64,000 nt of DNA, taken from contig JAWMAR010000073.1 of NCBI GenBank assembly GCA_036785375.1, forward strand, positions 2,294,001 to 2,358,000, in the 5' to 3' direction. This DNA comes from Leucoraja ocellata (taxonomy: Eukaryota). The notes under the pieces are model-generated. The model was not told where the DNA came from and made no database searches. It saw only the letters and a list, made by a program, of their open reading frames with translations. The position numbers were made by a program, and so were the translations under genes. This document shows, piece by piece, positions 1-12,725 of the stretch (positions within the stretch are counted from its first letter, which is position 1; the number at the start of each line of letters is the position of its first letter).

Positions 1-30
1 TTTGAGTAAAACAAACTCCCTTAATTCTTC

Positions 31-167
31 GGAATCGGAATCTGAAGAAGGGTTTCGGCCCAAAACGTTACCTATTTCCTTTGCTCCATAGATGCTGCTG
101 CACCCGCTGAGTTTCTCCAGCATTTTTGTGTACCTTTGATTTTCCAGCATTTGCAGTTCCTTCTTGA
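31..167 (+). mobile_element. Solo Penelope pLTR-derived short insertion with hammerhead-like core
   Basis: CTGAAGAAGGGTTTCGGCCC(A)AAACGT core at 42-68, followed by the pLTR body ending CAGTTCCTTCTTGA; flanked by a 14-bp direct repeat TCCCTTAATTCTTC (17-30 and 168-181). Confidence 0.75.
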
Positions 168-493
168 TCCCTTAATTCTTCTACCAGTTAGTTTAATGCT
201 CTGCCCCCTTTAAGGGATATAGATCCATCCAGTTTATTTTCTTACGCCAATTAAATCTCCCCTCTTTCTGCCCTGTTTGGTGTGCTTTTTGTTCCTCATC
301 GCTGAAATTTTGCAGTCTTGCCGTGTTCCCTTTTGAATTACATTGGAAATTCATGCACGCTTCCATATATCTATACCTTATCTCACGTGAAAAATTGTGT
401 AAAGCATGAATTCCAAAGGTGATGAAAGTTTCTTCCCTGACTGGCTGTTTTTCGTGTGAATTTGGACATTGAATCCATTGTATATTTTAACTA

Positions 494-680
494 TAGGTGC
501 TCCCCGATTTACGATCCTTCGATTTGCGATATTTCGACTTTACAAATGGCAAACACTCGGCAACGGCAGCGAGCCGCAGGTCACATGATTGCAATGTATT
601 AAATGCGTTTTCGACGATATATTTTCGGTTTACGATGGGTTTATCGGAACGTACCCCCATCATAGGTCGAGGAGCAGCTG
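494..680. mobile_element. Tigger/pogo-type MITE (Tc1/mariner superfamily)
   Basis: Imperfect TIRs TAGGTGCTCCCCGATTTACGAT / ATCATAGGTCGAGGAGCAGCTG with TA on both sides. Confidence 0.75.
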
Positions 681-2359
681 TATAGTGGAATCTCAGTGGT
701 GTGTGATTCTGTTCACATGTGATCATTTTGTATCAAAGTCACCGGGCAGTTATGAACAAAAGCAATTTAGTCTTTACCATGAGCATTTTGTTATCTGGGC
801 TACTTGAAATCACTAGGCTGAGATCATATCAAAGTAGCAACATTCATGTTTCAGTGAATAGGAGTTTCAACTGGGAATCTTTCAGGTCTTTGTGTCTAAG
901 GTTTTGGTAGAAACATTTTATTTTTGAAATCCAAATATTGGAATGTGGGTTATGTTCTGATCTCTTCATAGCACCAAGAAACCTCAGCACATTTTTATCT
1001 ATGTAGGAACAATGCTGGAGGAAATACTTTGGAAGACGGAGGAGGGGAAAACAATGTGCTGTATTTTCATCTATTTCCAATTGCCTTATGTAGGCTGCCA
1101 TTCCTCAATATGTTGGTGGCTAAAATGCTGACCTTTCAAAATTTGTCTTTTAACACTTGAATTTTATAAAGTTTTGCTTAGGATGTTGAGTAGGTGGCCT
1201 AAATGCATTTGTTGTGTATGAAAGGACATCAGTGACTTGACTTCTCTGTAAGGCAATTAAGCAAGGCAGTGCTGCTGCCAGAAACTGCAAATAATTTAGA
1301 AAATCCCGCAGACCGATAATTTAAGGCTCTGTGCTTGCATAATATCCCTCATTTTACCTTTTGTGAAGCATCAGTCACTTGAGGCTAACCGTCAACATTA
1401 TTCTGTTTAGGATCTGGGTGTTTCTGTCACTGCTAGCATTTACCGCCTGTCCCTAATGCCAATTAAAAAAATTCCAGGTTATTAACTGTATTCAGCAGGA
1501 TTTGAGCTTGAGTCTCTGGATTACCAGACCTGTAATTTAACTACTGCACTCCTGCTGTACCCATTCATTGTGTTGTGCAAATAAAAAAAATGCACATAAT
1601 GTAGTATGTCTTTTACGCCTGATGCACAGCAATAATTTTATGCTTGTTGCCTCCTGACCCTTTGTGCCTGTTGCTGTACTGTAAATTTACCGACTGAAGG
1701 AGCAGCAGTTATTTTTCCTTTCAATATACAGTTGCTGTGTAATATTTAATATTTGGGTATAAGTAAAATGCCTTGCAGGTGCAATGTTCAATACTCAACC
1801 TTAACTTTAGAGGGTAACATTGCAAGTATATCCATATCATTCAAATTATAACATAACTAATTATGAATTTAGTTCAGTAATCTACTAATCTAAGAGTGAG
1901 GGCCAGAACTGAAAGTTGCTAGCTGGTTGTAAAAATTAAGATGGTTCATTATTGTTGTTCTAGTGTTGTTCAGGAAACCCTGCACTGGCTGGTCCCCTGG
2001 TGATCTTCAGGGATGAGTAATTAATGTCTCATTGCCAATGTTGCCCATGTTTTTCAAGCAAAGGAAAATGCTGTTGTAGATGGTATGAGGATCTTTTTAC
2101 ACTCACATTCGCTTGCTCGGGGAATCTGAAGTACTGTATTAAGTTCTTCTAGTCATTCTGCAACACAATATCTTGAAAATCTTAAAAGCTTTGTGTACAG
2201 TTTCAGTTACATAACCATGGGCCTTTTACACATTGACCATTCAAACATCCTAATCCAACATAAAATGAAAGGTTAGCTTGCTTGTCTTTTTATCACATTA
2301 CCTAATATAGAGATGTATCTTTCAATTTTACTTGGCCAAGATCTGAGAAATCAGTAGAA

Positions 2360-2455
2360 ACAAGGACACAAAATGTTGGAGCAGCCTAGCGGGTCAGGCA
2401 GCATCTGGAGACCATGGATTGGTGACGTTTCAGGCTGGGATTCTTCTTACCTGAC
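2360..2455 (-). repeat. Degenerate Penelope pLTR fragment
   Basis: GACACAAAATGTTGGAG...CAGCATCT...GTGACGTTTC matches the reverse complement of the pLTR family. Confidence 0.6.
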
Positions 2456-3429
2456 AAATCATAGTTGGCAAATGTTTGAAAACTAATGCCAGATTCTTTT
2501 AGGACATCAGGTAGATAGATTTCTTATTGGAGCATTTGAAATTGTTTTAATTTCTGAAGTAAAAACATTCTCCTGATTTTATTGTTTTGTTAAATAAACA
2601 AAACTTTTAGCAAACTCTTTGGGTTTCTGATCGTATTCGTGCTTACAAAAGGCTTTGAAGTAAATGAATACTATTTGATTAAAATAGACGCAGGGTGATT
2701 ATTTATTTGAAACCTCAAACTTTATCCATACCTCTGCAGCGATAATTGTCAGTATTGTTTCTTGATGACAATTTTGAAGATAAGGTCAAATATTTACATA
2801 AAATTTACTTGCTTTAGGAAAGCATATAATTGCCTTTTAATTCTTGAAAGAGAGTAGCGTTTATGCCTTTCTAACAAGTCTTGGAAGTGTGTGGATCCAA
2901 CTTTGAAGGTTAACTGATTTATTTTCCTCTAAACTCTGCTCCGTCAAACTAATTGAAATTATTTCTCCTCCTCGTTCACATGTTCCCCCTCATAATAATC
3001 ACAGTCATGTTGGTCAGATGTCAACTGTATGCTGATGAAGCCCTGTACCATCTCTTTACTTTTAGGGAAATTTAAAACATCATCTGTCTGGCAGACCACC
3101 ATTTCTTATATGGTTCGATAGTCTCTTGGATTGACGATGCCTTGCTTTCACTCCTGTTCTGGGTGATCTAGGGTTGGGCCTATAGATTCCTGTTCAGTTG
3201 GGGAGGGGGGGAGGGGCTGGAGGTACTTGCCAGGGTAGCTATTTTGGGAGCTTTTTTTGCTGGGCCTCCTTGTTCCTGTAAAACAATTGAGGTTCTCTGT
3301 GACATTCTACTTGAGGTGGGTGGTGGAGCAGCAGTTAGCCACGTCTATCTGGGAACCAAGATCATATAGGACGATGATATAGTTGTCACACTTGAGACTT
3401 GGGTTGGGGGTTGCGTCGATGAGGTTTGC

Positions 3430-4005
3430 AACCTTAAAGGTATTCAAGCAGGAATGGAAGTTGACTAATGAAGTATTGATCAGATAAATCACTGCATAAT
3501 TTGGAAAGTCCACGAGGAAGCTGAGGGCGCAAATTTGATTAGAATGGAAGAGTGATGAAAGAAGTATAGCCGTCTCACGTTTTACATGTGTTTGATTTAT
3601 GAGTTTTTGGAATAATGCGCTTATTTAATTAATACCAAAGCCTAATTTACGAGGTCGTATTTTTTAAATAATGTGCTAAAATGCCAAAGATAATTGCAAA
3701 TTAGAACCAGTGCTTGGGTATTATTCTGCAAACCCTAATGTTATCAAAGGCTATGTGAAAATTCTCTTAGTTAATTTTATTTCAAATACGAAGGGGTGCG
3801 TTACCGGTCATATTTTCTGTGACTATCTTGTGTGAAAACTGAAAGACGAGTCGTGTCAGCATTGTGAACATAAGACTCTTTCTGTTAAAATCTTACACAT
3901 AGTGGGTAATGCCTACGGACATTCAACTTAAATGCAAGATCTTTATGAAAATATTCAAGTTGTTTATCTTCCGCCTAACATTTCATCCCTCATCCAACCT
4001 ATGAT
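3430..4005 (+). pseudogene. Decayed Tigger/pogo DDE transposase remnant
   Basis: Manual translation gives KILHIVGNAYGH and VYLPPNISSLIQPM (3962-4003), matching the pogo motifs LLILDNAPGH and VFLPPNTTSLIQPMD; stops and frameshifts present; boundaries approximate. Confidence 0.7.
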
Positions 4006-4289
4006 TTCCTCTAACCTGTACAATTTTCATGCAGCCTTATGGTAAACATGTTTCATTTACACGTTTTTGAGATGCATGCTGCTTTTCAAGAACATAACCG
4101 CTGTGTAAAATGAGAGGTGTCAATATTATGTTACTGAATATCCCACCAGATATTATCAAATGATGGAGGATATTTGCAGGGAAAGGTAGAAAAATTATAA
4201 TTGAAAAATTATAGAATAATGGTGGTACTTCAGTTATTTATGGCTAAATTCAAATCCTATTTTTCATTAGGCTAAGAGTTGGAAGAATA

Positions 4290-6125
4290 CTTGAAGCATA
4301 TATAAGAAATCTTTCTTGATTGTGTTTCCAGACTGGAAGGCTGATGCATTGCTGAACCTTTTTCTGAGACACAGAGTGGGGCATGTGGGCATGATTCAGA
4401 GCATTTGGTGAGAAGTGATAATCTAGTGATAATCATTATGAAACGGATCCAAACATCTAAAAATAAACGGGACAAGTGCGACTTTCTGTAGGTTGGAATG
4501 GAGTCTGGTTCAGGTGAATTGGAACCAAAAAGGTAAAGTGGTGATTGACTAAAAGCAGTAAGAGAAAATGGTTTTGATGTTGATAAGAAATGATTGGCAG
4601 ATTATAGGTTTTTAAAAAAGCTAGTGAAAAGTGATTTAAAAACAATATGAGGCAGAGGTAGGGATAATGAATAAGTTGCAGCAGTCTTCAGTGATGAAGA
4701 TAATACTACTGCCAGTGTTACGGTAAACATTGTGGATGTAAATAAATGTAGGCAAGGCATTTAAAATTAGTAGCTGTTAGTGGGGGCAAAATCAAACTGA
4801 CTGGAGTGATGAATTACAAGTTATAGAATTAAGGAAAAAAGTTGACATTGGAGAGGCTCCGGTCACAATCTTACAGTTTTTGTTTGATTTGCAGATGGTG
4901 CCAGGGGTCTGAAGGACTGCAAACAATCAACTCTTAAATAGAAAGAAGAGAAAGGGTGAATTGAGCAGTTCAGCCTACCTTAAGGTGATTGGAAAAGTAA
5001 AGTGACATTACACTAGGAAAAAATTAATCGTCCCGCAGAGAAGGAATTTGAATTATCTTCCTGTGATTTTGAGAGACATTTTGGGAAAATAACTCTTAGC
5101 AAAATTTCAACCCATGGGATTAAATGGTGTTTTGAATGCAAAATTGAACAGAAAGCTGTGAATAATGTGTGTGTTTATTTTTGTGTTCCTGGGTGTCTGT
5201 CATTGGAACTATTTATCTTATTAAAATATATTAATGATCTGGGACATACTATGTCTTCACATTTTTGGAATGTGCAACTAATGTAAACCAAGAATCAAAT
5301 ATAAGATGTAGAAACCAGTGAGATTGGCATTTACATGGAAAATGAAATTTGATGCAGAGAAGTGAAAAATGATTTACACGTTTGCACAGAAAAGCAATAA
5401 GAACAAACTGCTTCACTTTATTGGATGTAGGAATGAAAGTACCAGTGCTTTACGTGCTAGCCGGGCAGTTAAGATTGATGTTAGAGAAAATGAATCTTTG
5501 GTTTTATTGGCAGAGTACTAATGCAAGAAGGTATGCTAAAGCATTGGCCTTGGGCTGGATTGTTGAAATCACTTTCCAGGAGCTAGGTACAAGTCCTCGC
5601 ATTCTTATAAATGTTTGACTTGTATGGAGTCTGTGCATATGAAAGAGACTGGGAGAGCAGCAGCATGGATTTGCAGCAGTAACCTCCGGCTACTGTGGAG
5701 GTTCAGGCATCATCTGCCCTGTGGAACTCAGTTTGTGACCACATTTTCGACTTGTCAACAGTTTGGGTTACGAACAGTTTGCAGGAACCCAATCCTGCCG
5801 TAACCGGAGGATGACTGACCTCTGTTAGTAAGGATGTCAAAAAATTACGAAATTGTAGAAGAGACTTCCTGAAATGATTGGCGAAATAAGGAACTTCATT
5901 TATCTGGAGAGACCGGTGTAGTAGGATTCTACACAGAACAGAGATTTGATAGAAATATTCAGTATTATGAAAGGATTTGATAAAATTAGAATTAATTTCT
6001 AGTGGTACTCTCTAATCTAAGGCTACATTTAATGGGCAAAGATGCAGAGACCACAAGAGACCAGTATTTTATGCAGTTATTATGCTCTAGAATACTTTGA
6101 AGGGGATTGAATAGTAACTTTCAAA
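4290..6125 (+). mobile_element. Ancient, highly degraded CR1 LINE remnant
   Basis: Scattered CR1 ORF2-like motifs (TATATTAATGATCTGG; TGGAAAATGAAATTTGATGCAGAGAAGTG; GATTTGATAGAAATATTC); interrupted by a Tigger-like end near 5640-5822. Confidence 0.5.
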
Positions 6126-6129
6126 TGGG

Positions 6130-6395
6130 TTTAGTTTAGAGAGACATGGCGGAAACAGGCCCTTCGGCTCACGGAGTCCACGCCGACCAGAGATCCCCGC
6201 ATATTACAACTATCCTATACGAACTAGGGACAATTTACACATACACCAAGCCGATTAACCTACAAACCTGTACGTCTTTGGAGTGCAGGAGGAAACAAAA
6301 GTTCTCGGAGAAAACCCATGCGTTAATGGGGAGAACGTACAAACTCTGTACAGACAGCATCCGTAGTCGTGATCGAACCCGGGCACTGCAAGAGC
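6130..6395 (-). mobile_element. HE1-like V-SINE (tRNA-derived head, CR1-derived tail)
   Basis: Minus strand has B-box GGTTCGATC, V-domain GTTTGTACGTTCTCCCC...TTTGTAGGTTAAT and a CR1-like tail CCGAAGGGCCTGTTTCC. Confidence 0.8.
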
Positions 6396-7369
6396 GTTGA
6401 AATAATACCTGAAGGGCAAACAAGAAGTATGAATATGGGGAAAGAATGGGATCATTGGAAAATTCTTTCATATTATCAACATTGCATCTACCAGAGGTCT
6501 TCTCTAAGCATGATGGACCATGTGTTTCTGTTGTCTACGATTCAAGGCAGGTTTAAGCCCTCTCCATGAATTAGCTTGTTCAGCAACTGCTGTTTTATTC
6601 TTTCAAGAAGTGTTTAACATGATGAATATTTTGGGTGTCTGTTAATTTTTTTTAAAGACACTTACTTTAACTAAAATTGGGTTTCCATCTATTATCATAA
6701 AAAGTGGATTTGAGATCCTGTGGAAAAGCAGGAATGCCAGTAGCTTTAAAAATGTTATGCCAGAGTCTACTGAGTGTTCAAGACTAGGTTGAAGGCACAG
6801 GAATATGGAATTTGACAATAAAATGAATGTAAGGTGACTGGGTTAAAAGCATTTAAAGAGCTGTATATGCCCCCAAATTGTTGATATGTGGTGAATAAGG
6901 TAACATTTAAGGAGTGATTTTAAAAAGGTTCTGAAATATCACCTGATCCTGCACCTATTATGTTTGGTTGTAGGATGTTGGTGACTCGACATGGAGTAAT
7001 AAATTTACTTTATTCTGTTCTGAAGGTAATCCGGATTGTGATCAAATGCTAAAATGTATCAAATAAAAATATAATACCTGACGATTTTGTAAAATATTAT
7101 TTTGCATCAATAATTTCCAGCTGTGCCATGTGGCAGAAGGAGAACCAATGTCACAATTCATTTTATGTGTATTGGGGATACTACTTTGTGCAATGAGATG
7201 CACTTTAGCATTGGGACCTGCAGAGAGTGATCTTAGGGAGTGAGGGGGGGGGGGGGGGGGTGGCTCCTAAATTGATGCAATTCAAGCCACCTTCATTATC
7301 CTACTGTGTGAATAAAATGAAAAGAGGAACTCACATTTTTATATGAATGTTAACAACTCAACATCCCAA

Positions 7370-7690
7370 AGTACCAGAGCCAATTAAGCACTTTTGAAAC
7401 CATTGTTATTGTTAGAATGCCGCTGATATGGAAGCAAAGATTCACAAACAGAGATTGGTAATAACTAGATAATGTTTTTTTTAATATAAAGGGTGGTTGA
7501 GAAATAATTAATTGGCTAGGACACTAGGGAGATAGCACCAGCACTCCTTTGGAATATTGCCATTAAATCTTTTGTCTACATATGAGGGCAGACAATACCT
7601 CTGTTTAATTTTCTGATGAAAGCTGGCGCCTTTGCTGTGCACCATTTTCTCTGTATTCCACCGGGAAGTTAATCTAGGTTCCGTGTTTGT
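7370..7690 (-). mobile_element. Old DeuSINE (SacSINE1/AmnSINE1-like) remnant
   Basis: ATTGGCTAGGACACTAGGGAG...GAGGGCAGAC...GTTTAA...GAAAG resembles the reverse complement of the Deu domain (from recall). Confidence 0.55.
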
Positions 7691-9279
7691 CCCATGTTCT
7701 TGCAGATTTATGTTGGCATATATTGCAGGAATGCTCGTTATATTTAGTTTGTGAAGTATGATTAATTGTGGGCAATTCAACCTTCTTCATCCACTTTGTG
7801 AAAGGCCTCCAAATGTAAATTGACTACTGGATAGAGTGGCAATAAATGCATTCATTCAGTGCATTGGTGATGCCCTTTCAGCATGTTGAGATGTAATTGC
7901 AAGGTTGCTAAAATAATATTATTATTATTATACAATGTTTTGAAAGGTCAGTTAGCTGAGATGCTGATCAGTGAAAAGTATTGATCAGGCAAATGAGGCT
8001 AACTCTGCAGTTCAAGGTATTAATCAGTCACTTCAGTCTGCCTGAGGATTCAGGTGAAGGTCCTGTTTAAAAAGACACAATTTTCATGCACCGCAAATAT
8101 TGCAGTAGAATCTGCAATTCCTGCCAAATTGATGGAGATATTCCTTCCATCGGCACACGCTTCAGAGAACAAAGGGCAGCCATTGAAACTAATTGATAAA
8201 AGAAACACTTGTAAGATTATTCATTTGTGAAGGTTTGTGTGTGGGCGACGCAAGATATTATATGGAATGGTTGTGGTAGCAGATTTAATCATTTTTAAAA
8301 AGGAATTGGACATGTACATGGAAAGGCAAAAATGTGTGGTGTGGATTTTTGGACAGTCTTGTTGGATCCGATGTTCTTTGTACTCTAGATTTCACTGGTC
8401 GGATGCAGGTTATTATCTAGTTTTTAGTCTTTTTATGACAAAATATCAAAAGCCTCTGAGCTTGAGGTGCTGGGAATAATGGAATAATTTATCCATTAAT
8501 ATCAATTTTGAGGCGAATAAGGCTTTTAGCACACCCATGAAAAGTTAGTACTAGCAATTTTGATTTGGTTTCCATGCAGGGGTTCTGAGAGGTTCCTGGT
8601 ATTACTGAATGGTCTCTGTAGAGCTCTTAGGTTCTGACCAAGGTTATTGTTTTGTCTAAGCAGGGTGCCAAGCATGTGAAGCGTACACTTGCTGCTGTCG
8701 CTTGGGGAAGAGGGTAATCTATACCAGATGTAAGTCTAAGACCGTGGCAGTGAATTCATAAGATCATGACTTCTAAAATCGGGCAAACCCAAATCGATTG
8801 GGTAAAGATTGAGCAATTTATTTTATAATCATGGGGAACAGCAGGAAATTGAACTTGCTGGAAGGAGACGTTTAACTAAAGTATGTAGTGAACTATACGC
8901 AAGGTAAGTAGTGTTATTAAGACCTCTGATTACCCTGCAGTTAACTAGATTTTGGGCAATAAAGTTACACTGCAGTTTTATGAACAGATTTAGTGATTCC
9001 ACTCATGAAAGCATATTCAGTGCATTGTAAAAGTCTTTTAAACAAGATGAATTTCCATGGTTTCTTGTGATTTTAAACATGGATTCAATTTGACAGCTTA
9101 TCGTTTAAGTATCCAAACAGGTGACTCAGCTAATGGCTGTGTCAGTTGGATATTGCTAAGATAAATTGATTGATCCTTTGGCCTTTGAAGTTGATCATTA
9201 GACCCTGTCCTCTGAGTGCTTATGTACTTTGTTATAATGATACATTTACGAAATCAACAGCAAGTTTCTAAACATTAAG

Positions 9280-9490
9280 ACTTGAACATAAAACAGCACA
9301 GGAACTGGCCCTTCGGTCCACAATTTCTGTGCAGAATATGATGTCCAAACTAATTTCCTCTGGCTGCATGTGATCCATATCCCTCCAGTTCTTTCATATC
9401 CATGTGATCCATATCCCACCAGTCCCTTAATTCTATCTAAAAGCCTCTTAAATGCCACCATTGTATCTGAAATGTGCCTGTCTTCCATCT
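9280..9490 (-). mobile_element. CR1 3' tail fragment
   Basis: ACAGCACAGGAACTGGCCCTTCGGTCCAC...AAAGCCTCTTAAATGCCACC. Confidence 0.65.
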
Positions 9491-10049
9491 TCATACATCC
9501 ATCAATCCTCACTGATTTTATTGTAGATTTTCTTTTTTAATTATGAAGTGTATTTGTTTGAAGGAACTAGTATTTCCATTGGACAGAGGGTCTCTAAATA
9601 GGGGCAGATTTAAGATTCAATAACCGAGAATGAGAGAGAAAAAATTACAAAGTTACTTTCAAAAGATAATTAATACACAGTTGAGAATGAGAAATTTACC
9701 AGGCTAAGATAAACAAAAACAAAAGGGACCTTTGTAATTAGCCCTCTGGCTAATTACAAATGTCCCTCGAATGCTGGCTGGTCGCTGAGCTGGGAACTAC
9801 CACCTGAACTGTAAGGTTGAGTCTGTGAAAGAACAATGAATTTCAACATTATTTGCAGAATTTGATCACAACGTTGACTTTGCTGGGAAAGAATCTTTCC
9901 TTTATGTTTCCTCTCCCACCCCATTCACTCACTGGCTAATGTTGCTCAATGATTGAGAACTGTCGGCAGTCATTCAAATGCACAATTAATTGCCTCAAAC
10001 CAACACTGTACCCCATTTTTTTCATGGTGCAATAGATGAGAGTTGAATT

Positions 10050-10385
10050 GCTGGATTAGCTTCAAAGGACCAGAGCCAAGAATTCAAAACCCATCACAAC
10101 TGTTGGGGATGTTTATATATTTGTAATTAAAGCAATAAGACACAACTAATATCGATGGGGAAAAAAAATCCCTACAAAATTATCAGATTGATGTTACTGT
10201 CCATCCAGTTTTTAATTTCCTTCAGAGATGGGAATTTGCCATTTTGGATCCTCTCTGGACTAAATGTGATTCCAGGGTTATCTTTGTGGTTGATTCTTAA
10301 GTGTCTGTGTACTAATTAAGGATGGACAATAAGTAATACATTTGTTGCAAGTGACATCCAAATCTTGTGAACAAATAACTAAAGG
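10050..10385 (+). mobile_element. Old SINE remnant (chondrichthyan family; related copy near 1880-2060)
   Basis: TCCTTCAGAGATGGGAATTTGCC...ATGTGATTCCAG...GTGGTTGATTCTTAA...AAGGATGGACAATAA; family not securely assigned. Confidence 0.4.
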
Positions 10386-12725
10386 TCTCAAATCTTTGAA
10401 AATCCCTGAACTTTTGTTAATGGTACATCTTGTATTCTCCAGGACCATAATCATATTAAAAATAACTATTTTGAAGACTCATCAGGAATAATAATATTTT
10501 TCTACTTAAAATATTTTAAAACTGAAGCTAGGAAAATCATTATATCAGTAGAGTGGGCAGGAGAAAATTAGTTTTGTTTTAAATCAAGGTCAATATTCTG
10601 ATAATGTGTGTACAGTCTGTCTACTGAGAGGAAGGCAAATTTGCTTGCTTTTTTCAGTTTGTTATTTTTGTTGATTCAAAAACAAAAATAACCTTGCCAT
10701 AGCTAATCTCATCAATTTCTAAATTTATCCAATGTTATTTTACCATGTCCCATAAGAAAATAACTTAAACCACTTTTCCTTTGCCTTTGCAGAGATGTTT
10801 TTTTTGTTTTATGGACCTGCAGTCATACAATTAGCGACTCCTTTGAATGATCATCGCTCTTATTACATTGACAATGTTCTGGCTATGTTCAAAGAAAATA
10901 GGTGAGATCATTGCAGTTGCCAAACCTTTTCAAGGTTCTCATATTCAATAATCGTTTTAGGCTGGATATTTGAACTGATCATCATTTAAAAATATTCGGG
11001 GAGGGGGGGACAAGGAATTGTAGAGCAGAAACATATTGTGGGAAATTAAAGAGAGACTGATTAAGAAACTTTAGTTTTCAGCTGATTATATGCAACTATC
11101 ATGAATTCATAAAGGGCTATCATGCCTTATGCATTTGATTGAAACGTTTAAAGATGTCTTAGTAAAGGGCAGGGCAATTGATGTTATTTATAAGGACTTC
11201 AAGGAGATATTTGAAGCCCTGAAAACTAAATGACACAGTTCTAAATGGACTGCAGAAGCAAGAGAGACCTGGTATAAATGTAAATGAATCAGAGTTGTAG
11301 TGAGATACAGCCTAGTGAGTCGACACCAATCATGAATTGTTTATGTGGACTAATCCTACACAAACCTCACTTTATTCTCCCCATACTCTCATCAAATCCC
11401 TCCAGAATCGACTACTCATCTACATACTAAATACAGGTTCAAGTTAACCTACCAACCCATACAGTGCCCTCCATAATGTTTGGGACAAAGATCCATCATT
11501 TATTTATTTGCCTCTGTACTCCACAATTTGCGATTTGTAATAGAAAAAATCACGTGGTTAAAGTGCACATTGTCAGATTTTACTAAAGGGTATTTCTATA
11601 CTTTTTGGTTTCACCATGTAGAAATTACAGCTGTGTTTATACAACGTTCCCCCCCCCCCCCCCCCAACTCAGTGCACCATAATGTTTGGGACACGGGGCT
11701 TCACAGGTGTTTGTAATTGCTCAGGTGTGTTTGAATACCTCCTTAATGCAGGTATAAGAGAGCTCTCATCATCTAATCTTTCATCCGGCCTTTCCATCAC
11801 CTTTGGAAACTTTTATTGCTGTTTATCAAGATGAGGACCAAAGTTGTGCGAATTAAGGTCAAAGAAGCCATTATGAGTGAGAAACAAGAATAAAACTGTT
11901 AGAGACATCAGCCAAACCTTAGGCTTTTCAAAATCAACTGTTTGGAACATCATTAAGATGAAAGAGAACACTGGTGAGCTTACTAATCGCAAAGGGACTG
12001 TCAGGCCAAGGAAGATCTCCACAGCTGATGAAAGAAGAATTCTCTCTATAATAAAGAAAAATTCCCAAACAACTGTCCGACAGATCAGAAACACTCTTCA
12101 GGAGTCATGCGTTGATTTGTCATTGACCACTGTGCAGAAGACTTCATGAACAGAACTACAGAGGCTACACTGCAAGATGCAAACCACTGGTTAGCTGCAA
12201 AAATAGGATGGCCAGGTTACAGTTTGCCAAAAAGTATTTAAAAGAGCAACCACAGTTCTGGAAAAAGGTCTTGTGCACAGATGAGACAAAGATGAACTTG
12301 TATCAGAGTGAGGGCAAGAGCAAAGTATGGAGAAGGGAAGGAACTGCCCAAGATCCAAAGTGTATCACCTCGTCTGTGAAACACGGTGGTGGGGGTGTTA
12401 TGGCCTGAGCATGTATGATTGCTGATGGTACTGGCTCACTTATCTTCATTGATGATACAACTGCTGATGGTAGGAGCATAATGAATTCTGATGTGCATGG
12501 ACACATCCGATCTGCTTAAGTTCAAACAAATGCCCCAAAACTCATTGGCCGGCAGTTCATTCGACAGCAAGACAATGGTCCCAAACATACTGCTGAAGCA
12601 ACAAAGGAGTTTTTCAAAGCTAAAAAATGGTAAATTCTTGAGTGGCCAAGTCAATCACATGATCTGAACCCAATTGAGCATGCCCTTTATATGTTGAAGA
12701 GAAAACTGAAGGGGACTAGCCCCCA

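Noticed and set aside
3030-3072. CTGATGA...GGGAAA hammerhead-like words
   Set aside because: Stem II does not close adjacent to the boxes; no stems I or III
7244-7262. Poly-G/C runs (also near 11648, 17634, 54077) as G-quadruplex elements
   Set aside because: Homopolymers mostly within repeats; lengths are unreliable and there is no functional evidence
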